This document shows positions 57,439 through 64,000 of a stretch of 64,000 nucleotides of DNA, one piece after another. How positions within the stretch are numbered: the stretch's first letter is position 1; each line of letters begins with the position of its first letter. The notes below the pieces were generated by a model that saw only the letters and a list, made by a program, of their open reading frames with translations, had not been told where the DNA came from and ran no database searches. A program made the position numbers and the translations under genes. Source of the stretch: Occultella glacieicola (GTDB lineage: Bacteria > Actinomycetota > Actinomycetes > Actinomycetales > Beutenbergiaceae); NCBI RefSeq assembly GCF_004353825.1, contig NZ_SMNA01000007.1, forward strand, positions 62,001 to 126,000. Reading direction: 5' to 3'.

Positions 57439-57451
57439 CGGCGGCCCGAGG

Positions 57452-58462
57452 ATGACGGCGCAGCGGCACAGCCGGATCGGGCTCGTGGGGTGTGGAGAGG
57501 TCGCCGGATACGGCCATCTGCCCGCGCTGCTGCGGACGGAGGGGCTCGAACTGGTCGGCATGTGCGACGTGTCGACCGATCGGCTCGCGGCGGCGCCGGT
57601 CCCGGCAGGGGTCGCGCGCTGCACCTCGTTGGACACGATGCCCGACCTCGACGCGCTCGTCGTCACGTCGCCCGCCGGAGTGCACGCCGAACACGTCGGA
57701 TGGGCGGCGCGGCGCGGCATCCCGGTCCTGTGTGAGAAGCCGATCGCCCTGGACGAGGCGACCTCCATCGAGATGATGGAGCGGATGGAGGCCGCAGGAA
57801 CCCCGCTGTGGCTCGCCTTCACCTACAGGTTCTCGCCGGTGGCGCGACGGATCCACGAGCTCGTCGCGACCGGGGCGGTGGGCGAGGTGCGTGCGCTGCG
57901 GATGGTCTTCCTGTGGGACCTGCACGGGGCGTTCGAGGATCGAGTGGCCCGGACCGGCGTGAACCAGCGGCGGGTCGGCCGGATGCTCGAGGGCGGCCCG
58001 CTCGTGGACTGCGGCGTGCACCAGATCGACCTCGCGCGCTGGTGGCTCGGTAGCGACCTGCAGGTCGATCACGCGACCGGCGTCTGGTTCGACGAGATCG
58101 ACGGCGTGGACGCGCCCGAGCACGTGACGACGCACCTGTCCGGCGGTGGTGCCCGGGTGCTGGTCGACATCAGTTTCGGCTACGGTCACAGGTCGCCGGC
58201 CAGGCTCCCAACCTTCACGTATGAGGTCATCGGGACCGACGGTGTGATCCGCTACCGGCGCGAGGAGCGTGACTTCGTGCTCATCGACGGCGACGGTAGG
58301 CACGACCTCGCCTGGGCGCACGAGAAGTCGTTCGAGGGCATGTACACGGAGTTCGCCGCCGCGCTCCACGGTGAGGAGCATGCGCTCCCGACCGCGCTCG
58401 ACGGGCTCGCCGCGACCCGCCTCGCGCTCGACGCAACGGCTCGGGCGGTCGGCTCGCGATAG
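57452..58462 (+). CDS. Gfo/Idh/MocA family oxidoreductase
   Basis: IGLVGCGEVA, VLCEKPIA, GGPLVDCGVHQIDLARW. Confidence 0.92.
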   Translation: MTAQRHSRIGLVGCGEVAGYGHLPALLRTEGLELVGMCDVSTDRLAAAPVPAGVARCTSLDTMPDLDALVVTSPAGVHAEHVGWAARRGIPVLCEKPIALDEATSIEMMERMEAAGTPLWLAFTYRFSPVARRIHELVATGAVGEVRALRMVFLWDLHGAFEDRVARTGVNQRRVGRMLEGGPLVDCGVHQIDLARWWLGSDLQVDHATGVWFDEIDGVDAPEHVTTHLSGGGARVLVDISFGYGHRSPARLPTFTYEVIGTDGVIRYRREERDFVLIDGDGRHDLAWAHEKSFEGMYTEFAAALHGEEHALPTALDGLAATRLALDATARAVGSR

Positions 58463-58529
58463 CGACCGGAGGTAGACCCTGAGCCCGACCCACGCCCGGA
58501 TACGACGGCGTCTGGCCTACTCTGGGGCG

Positions 58530-59732
58530 GTGGCCTCTCCCACCGAGCGCACCGAACTCATGGTGCGTCAGCGCAACTCGACGGCGTCCGCCATCATGCG
58601 CACGATCGTCCGCGACGGCCCCCTCGGTCGCAAGGAGCTCTCGTCCGTCACCGGCGTCAGCTTCACCACGATCACGAAGACGGTCACGGAACTGCTGGCA
58701 CTCGGCGCGCTCACGGAGTCGGCGCCACCGGCCCCACGAGGGGCCGGCAGGCCGGTCACCCCGCTCGACGTGCCGTCCGTTCGGCGACTGGTGCTGGGTG
58801 GGCATCTCCACCCTGAGAGCACCTCCTGCGGTGCCTACACCCTGCGCGGCGACCTGGTCACCTGGCGATCGGCGCCCGCCAGCGGCCGGACCGAACGCGA
58901 ACGCATCGAGGAGGCCGCCGAGCTGGTGGACGCCATCGTGACGGAGGTCGGCACTGCGGCCGTCACCGGGATCGGGATGACGACGCCCTGGGCCGAGCTC
59001 CACCACGGCCAACCGCCGCCGCTGGTGGCCGATGTCGACCCCGATGCGCTGCACACAGGTCTGCGGGAGCACCTCTCCCATCCGGTACGCGTCGAGCCGA
59101 ACGTCCGCGCCCAGGCGCTGGAGCACTACTGGTGGGGTGGGGGAGGCAACGACGTCCTGACGGTGCTGGTCGGACGGTCCGTCGGAGTGGCCCAGATGCG
59201 GGGTGGCGACCTCGTCTGGGACGGCCCGGGTGCCGGTGGCCTCGTCTCCCACGTGGTCGTCCCGGGTTCGACGTATCCATGCGACTGCGGGCAGGTCGGC
59301 TGCGTCAAGGCCACCTGCACCGACGACGCACTCCTACGACGCGCCGTCGCGACCGGTCTGCTCCCCCCGGGCTCGTTGCAACGCGACCTCTACCCGGACG
59401 ATGACACCGAGGGCCTGCGCCGGCTTCGCCGCGCCCGGGCCGAGGACCTCGGCCGCGTGATACCGCTCATCATGAGCCTGGTCGCCCCGGGCGAGACGAC
59501 CGTGCGAGGCAAGGTGGGGACACCGGAGGAGATCGATGCCTGCATCGACATGATCCGGCGGCGCTACCGGGAACTGGTCGGCCGTGACGCCAAGGTCCGC
59601 TTCTACGACCATCGCCGCCCGGACTACTGGCCACACGCATCGGCAGCGCTCGCCCTGGATGCCTACCTCGCCTCACCGTTGTGGCACGAGGGAGACAGGG
59701 CCATGCGGGAGCTGCCCGTCCCGATCGCGTGA
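58530..59732 (+). CDS. ROK family transcriptional regulator (divergent)
   Basis: N-terminal wHTH (RKELSSVTGVSFTTITKTVTELL), GAGRP, CDCGQVGC Zn motif. TACTCT-N6-GTG start. Confidence 0.85.
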   Translation: MASPTERTELMVRQRNSTASAIMRTIVRDGPLGRKELSSVTGVSFTTITKTVTELLALGALTESAPPAPRGAGRPVTPLDVPSVRRLVLGGHLHPESTSCGAYTLRGDLVTWRSAPASGRTERERIEEAAELVDAIVTEVGTAAVTGIGMTTPWAELHHGQPPPLVADVDPDALHTGLREHLSHPVRVEPNVRAQALEHYWWGGGGNDVLTVLVGRSVGVAQMRGGDLVWDGPGAGGLVSHVVVPGSTYPCDCGQVGCVKATCTDDALLRRAVATGLLPPGSLQRDLYPDDDTEGLRRLRRARAEDLGRVIPLIMSLVAPGETTVRGKVGTPEEIDACIDMIRRRYRELVGRDAKVRFYDHRRPDYWPHASAALALDAYLASPLWHEGDRAMRELPVPIA

Positions 59733-59928
59733 GCCGATCCGCTCGTCGACAGGTGCGGCCCGGAAGACCCGGAAGCCTTGGAAATGCGGCGACCGCCCGC
59801 CGGTGCGACAGTGGCCTCCAACCGGGGCCGAGCAAGGTCATCCGCTCGATCTCGGCACATTCGGGTTGATCACGCCGGACCAGGTCCGAGGTGAACGAGG
59901 AGACGAACATGAAGAACGGAAGGGCATC

Positions 59929-60504
59929 ATGACCACACCAACCGACGATGTCGTCGACCTGATCCTCAACGACCACCGCGAGGTCGAGCGGCTGTTCGAG
60001 GAGTTGCGTAGCAACCCGGCGACCAGGGCCAACAATCTGCCCGTTCTGATCTCGCTGCTGACCGCGCACAGCCGAGCGGAGGAGGCGGAGGTCTACCCCG
60101 TCGCGGCATCCGAGGCAGGCGCTGGACACGACGTCGAGCACAGCCAGGAGGAGCACATCGAGGCCGACCAACTCCTCGCGAAGCTGGCGGAGACCGATCA
60201 CTCCTCGCCCGAGTTCGAGACGGTCCTGCGCGAGGTCGTCGATTCGATCACACACCACGTCGAGGAGGAGGAGGCCAAGGTGCTGCCCGCCATGCGGTCG
60301 AATCTCACGGACGCGCGCCGGGCCGAGCTGGGCGAGGCCTTCCTGTCGAGCCGCGAGAAGCACCTCGGCGAAATGCCGAGCGACATCCGCAAGAGCGAAC
60401 TCGACCAGCAGGCCGCGAACGTCGGCCTGAGCGGAGCGAGCTCCATGAGCAAGGCGCAGACCGAGCGCGCCCTCCAGGAGAAGGCCGAGGAGTCCGAGGA
60501 GTAG
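59929..60504 (+). CDS. Hemerythrin/HHE domain protein with Rho-N-like C-terminal tail
   Basis: DHREVERLF, HSRAEEAEVYP, EEH, HHVEEEE; tail KSELDQQAANVGLSGASSMSKAQ. Confidence 0.88.
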   Translation: MTTPTDDVVDLILNDHREVERLFEELRSNPATRANNLPVLISLLTAHSRAEEAEVYPVAASEAGAGHDVEHSQEEHIEADQLLAKLAETDHSSPEFETVLREVVDSITHHVEEEEAKVLPAMRSNLTDARRAELGEAFLSSREKHLGEMPSDIRKSELDQQAANVGLSGASSMSKAQTERALQEKAEESEE

Positions 60505-60834
60505 TCCGGAACGGCCATCGCCGGTCCGCGTGCGACCGGCTCTCCAGTCGCACGCGCGAGGCAGTGGCGGATCGTGGTGGCCGGGCCGAGGGCAGCCTGC
60601 TCAGCGAGACGTGCCCTCGGCTTGGCCCTGCCGCAACCGGCAGCGGAGGGCACCAGCCGGCCCGGGTCGGCTGGTGCCGTCAACGTGCGCCAGTGTGGAC
60701 TCCGTGCCCGTCGCGTCGGCCGCGATCGCTGCGGCCGGGTCGTATGCCGGTCCCGGGCGGGCCCTCGGCGTTCCGGATGTTGCGAGCGGGCGCCACGGGA
60801 TGCGGACGCAGCGGAACCGGCACACGATGAACCA

Positions 60835-61701
60835 ATGACCCCCGACAGCAAGCCCCAGAAGGTGCCGGCCCAGGAACAGAAGTGGCCTGGCACGACCTCG
60901 GCGATGGACCCGCCGCCCGACCACGGCGAGGACAACTACACCGGCCGTGAGCGCCTGGTCGGCAAGAGAGCCCTGATCACCGGTGGCGACTCCGGGATCG
61001 GGCGGGCCACGGCGATCGCGTTCGCGAAGGAGGGCGCCGACGTCGCGATCGCCTATCTCCCGCAGGAACAGGCGGACGCCGAGTCCACGAAGGAGGTCGT
61101 CCAGAGCGTCGGTAGGCGCTGTGTGCTCCTGGCGACCGACCAGCGCACCGAGGAGGCGAACACCCGGTTGGCGGCCGATGCCGTGGCCGGGTTGGGCGGG
61201 ATCGACGTGCTGGTGAGCAACGCGGGCTTCCAGATGGCGCACACCGGTGGGATCGCCGACTTCCCGAGCGGTCAGTTGGAGCAGGTGTTCGAGACCAACG
61301 TGTTCGCGACGTTCTGGCTGACCAAAGCGCTCGTGCCCCACCTCGGGCCGGGCTCGAGCGTGATCATCACGACCTCGATCCAGGCGTACAACCCCTCGGA
61401 GCCGTTGCTCGACTATGCAGCCACGAAGGCAGCGCTGAACAACCTGATGGTCAATCTCGCCGCGGACCTCGGCCCGAAGGGGATCCGGGTGAACGCCGTC
61501 GCCCCCGGGCCGATCTGGACCCCTCTCATCCCCAGCACGTTCGACGCCGAGAAGGTGGCGTCCTTCGGGGCCGACACCCCGCTCGGCCGACCGGGACAGC
61601 CCGTCGAGGTGGCCGCGGCGTTCGTCTTCCTCGCCTCGGACGAGGCCAGTTATGTCAGCGGCACCGTCCTCGGTGTGACCGGCGGCAAGGCGATCTTCTG
61701 A
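60835..61701 (+). CDS. SDR oxidoreductase (YghA/YhdF general-stress type)
   Basis: PDHGE..Y.G..RL.GK.ALITGGDSGIG, DYAATK, VAPGPIWTPL, PLGRPGQP. Confidence 0.93.
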   Translation: MTPDSKPQKVPAQEQKWPGTTSAMDPPPDHGEDNYTGRERLVGKRALITGGDSGIGRATAIAFAKEGADVAIAYLPQEQADAESTKEVVQSVGRRCVLLATDQRTEEANTRLAADAVAGLGGIDVLVSNAGFQMAHTGGIADFPSGQLEQVFETNVFATFWLTKALVPHLGPGSSVIITTSIQAYNPSEPLLDYAATKAALNNLMVNLAADLGPKGIRVNAVAPGPIWTPLIPSTFDAEKVASFGADTPLGRPGQPVEVAAAFVFLASDEASYVSGTVLGVTGGKAIF

Positions 61702-62894
61702 TGCGGGCGCTGACCTGGCAGGGCACCGAGGACGTGCAGGTGCAGGACATGCCGGATCCCGCGATCCAGGAGCCCACCGATGCCGTCATCAAGGTGACGT
61801 CCACCGCGATCTGCGGCTCGGACCTGCACCTGTACAGCGTCCTCGGTGCCTTCCTGGACCCCGGCGACATCCTCGGCCACGAAGCCATGGGGATCGTGGA
61901 GGAGGTCGGCTCGGAGGTCACCCGGATCAAGCCAGGAGACCGCGTGGTCGTGCCGTTCCCGATCGCGTGCGGCACCTGCTGGATGTGTGAGCGGGGCCTG
62001 CACACCCAGTGCGAGACCACCCAGGTGCGCGGGCAGAACAAGGGCGCCGCCCTGTTCGGATACACGAAGCTGTACGGGCAGATCCCCGGCGGGCAGGCCG
62101 AGTACCTGCGGGTCCCGCAGGCCCAGTTCGGACCAGTTCGGGTGCCCGACGATGGCGGACCCGACGAGCGTTACCTCTACCTCTCGGACGTGCTGCCGAC
62201 CGCCTGGCAGGCCGTGGAGTACGCGGGTGTACCCGAGAACGGCACGGTCCTGGTGCTCGGACTCGGGCCCATCGGGCAGATGAGCGCCCGGATCGCGCTT
62301 CACCGCGGCGCGAGCGAGGTGTTCGCAGCCGACCTCGTGCCCGAGCGACTGGCGATGGCAGCCCGGCATGGCGTGCACACCCTGGACCTGAGGGTGATCG
62401 ACGACCTCCCCGAGAACATCCGGGCCCTCACCAACGGTCGTGGACCGGATGTGGTGATCGACGCCGTCGGGATGGAGGCCCACGGCTCACCGGCCGCCGC
62501 CGGCGTGCACAAGGTGGCCGGCGTGCTCCCCAGTGCCATCGCCCGACCCCTGATGGAGCGGGCCGGGATCGATCGACTGGCCGCGCTTCGCACCGCCATC
62601 AGCTCGGTGCGACGCGGTGGAACCCTCTCGCTGTCGGGCGTCTACGGAGGCGCCGCCGACCCGCTGCCGATGATGGAGATGTTCGACAAGCAACTCACGG
62701 TCCGGATGGGGCAGGCGAACGTACACCGGTGGATCGAGGACCTGCTGCCACTCGTCGCGGACGACACCGATCCGCTGGGGGTGCTCGACCTGCGGACCCA
62801 CCGGCACTCGCTCGAGGAGGCACCGGGCGCCTACCGGACGTTCCAGAAGAAGGAGGACGGCTGTATCAAGGTCGTCCTGGACCCGCAGGTCTGA
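61701..62894 (+). CDS. Zinc-dependent alcohol/formaldehyde dehydrogenase-like MDR (YbdR type)
   Basis: TAICGSDLHLY, GHE, CGTCWMC...C, GGQAEYLRVP, LSDVLPT, IDAVGMEAH. Confidence 0.93.
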   Translation: MRALTWQGTEDVQVQDMPDPAIQEPTDAVIKVTSTAICGSDLHLYSVLGAFLDPGDILGHEAMGIVEEVGSEVTRIKPGDRVVVPFPIACGTCWMCERGLHTQCETTQVRGQNKGAALFGYTKLYGQIPGGQAEYLRVPQAQFGPVRVPDDGGPDERYLYLSDVLPTAWQAVEYAGVPENGTVLVLGLGPIGQMSARIALHRGASEVFAADLVPERLAMAARHGVHTLDLRVIDDLPENIRALTNGRGPDVVIDAVGMEAHGSPAAAGVHKVAGVLPSAIARPLMERAGIDRLAALRTAISSVRRGGTLSLSGVYGGAADPLPMMEMFDKQLTVRMGQANVHRWIEDLLPLVADDTDPLGVLDLRTHRHSLEEAPGAYRTFQKKEDGCIKVVLDPQV

Positions 62895-62897
62895 GCC

Positions 62898-64000
62898 GTG
62901 GAGAGCTACTGGGCGTCGCGCAACCCGCAGTCCCCCGAGCCGGACGCTCCGGTCGGTGGCGAGTACGACGTGGCGGTGGTGGGCGCCGGCATCACCGGGC
63001 TGTCCACCGCCGTGATGCTGGCCGATCGGGGCTGCCGCGTCGTGGTGCTCGAGGCCCGTCACGTGGGCGCGGGCACCACGGGCTCATCGACGGCGAAGGT
63101 GTCCGTGCTGCAGGGACGCCGACAGTCCGAGATCGCGGCCAAGCAGTCCGATGAGCTTCTCGCCCACTACGTGGCCGGCGGGCGCGCTGGTCAGGCCTGG
63201 TTGCTGGAGTTCTGCGCACGAGCGGGCGTCGCTGTGCAACGCCCGAGCGCGGTGACCTATGCCGCCGGTCCCGACGACATCGCGACGGTGGAGGAGGAAC
63301 AGCGGGTCTGCGAGCGGGTGGGACTCCCGGTGACCTGGCGGCCGCAGGACGGCGACGCACCGTTCCCGTACTCGGGTGGTGTGGTGCTCGCCGATCAGGC
63401 ACAGCTGGATCCGCTCGAGTTGCTCACCGCGCTCGCCGCCGACGCGGTCGCACGTGGCATCACCGTGTACACCGGCGCGCGCGTCACCGAGGTCGACGAC
63501 GGTCCGGAACACCTGGTGAGCACGAGCCGCGGTTCCGTGCGGGCGGACCGCGTGGTCCTGGCCACGGGGACCCCGATCGCCGACCGGGGCGGCTTCTTCG
63601 CACGGCTCGCGCCGCAGCGCTCCTACGCCATCGCGCTCCGCCTGGCCGGGCTGCCGGAGTCGGACATGTATCTGTCCGTGGGGACGCCGGCGAGGTCCAT
63701 CCGCACCACCCCGCGGGGAGATGACCGAACCCTCCTGATCGGCGGCAACTCGCACCCGGTCGGCGGCGGCGGATCCGAGCTCGACGCGATCGAGGAGCTG
63801 ACCGCGTGGGCGCAGCAGCACTACCCCGGCGCCCAGGTGACGCACCGGTGGTCCGCCCAGGACTACCACCCCATCGACGCACTGCCCTACGTCGGGCCGC
63901 TGACGCCGTCGAACGATCGGGTCCTGGTGGCGACCGGCTTCGCGAAGTGGGGCCTGACCACCGGCGCGGCCGCCGCCACGATCATGACCGGGCTGGTCGA
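62898..64000 (+). CDS. FAD-dependent oxidoreductase (DAO family, YhfW-like); runs off the window end
   Basis: Manual translation: MESYW...DVAVVGAGITGL...LEARHVGAGTTGSSTAK...WSAQDY...LPYVG...ATGFAKWGLT. Confidence 0.88.
   Translation, partial: MESYWASRNPQSPEPDAPVGGEYDVAVVGAGITGLSTAVMLADRGCRVVVLEARHVGAGTTGSSTAKVSVLQGRRQSEIAAKQSDELLAHYVAGGRAGQAWLLEFCARAGVAVQRPSAVTYAAGPDDIATVEEEQRVCERVGLPVTWRPQDGDAPFPYSGGVVLADQAQLDPLELLTALAADAVARGITVYTGARVTEVDDGPEHLVSTSRGSVRADRVVLATGTPIADRGGFFARLAPQRSYAIALRLAGLPESDMYLSVGTPARSIRTTPRGDDRTLLIGGNSHPVGGGGSELDAIEELTAWAQQHYPGAQVTHRWSAQDYHPIDALPYVGPLTPSNDRVLVATGFAKWGLTTGAAAATIMTGLV

Overview
Very GC-rich actinobacterial chromosome segment, probably Micrococcales (inferred from gene content, leaderless starts and Bpa). 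A conserved backbone (pgm, DUF5926-like, GT2, cold-shock protein, DAGK-like, serS, Cof-HAD, bpa, quinone oxidoreductase, two tRNA-Ser genes) is interleaved with accessory catabolic modules. These are: (1) a GntR-controlled sugar ABC system with two GHL6-like hydrolases plus Hyi-like and tartronate-semialdehyde-reductase-like enzymes; (2) an arylsulfatase/HAD/formylglycine-generating-enzyme trio; (3) a Liv-type ABC system; (4) a LacI-controlled alpha-glucoside-type ABC system; (5) an ABC-LacI-GH2 module bracketed by two copies of a ~53-bp palindrome; (6) downstream of tRNA-Ser(GCT), an MFS-SRPBCC-ArsR operon, an ABC-sulfamidase-like-Gfo/Idh/MocA-ROK cluster and a stress-type cluster (hemerythrin, SDR, Zn-ADH, FAD oxidoreductase). 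I saw no integrase, transposase, CRISPR array or rRNA. The best candidates for new biology are the twin GHL6 + Hyi/TSAR pathway with a readable operator, a stand-alone degenerate GyrB ATPase domain, an AlkP-like/multi-TM envelope protein paired with a GT2, the sulfamidase-like cluster with relay mini-ORFs, and the palindrome-bracketed cassette. All family assignments come from motif recognition by eye; no database searches were run.
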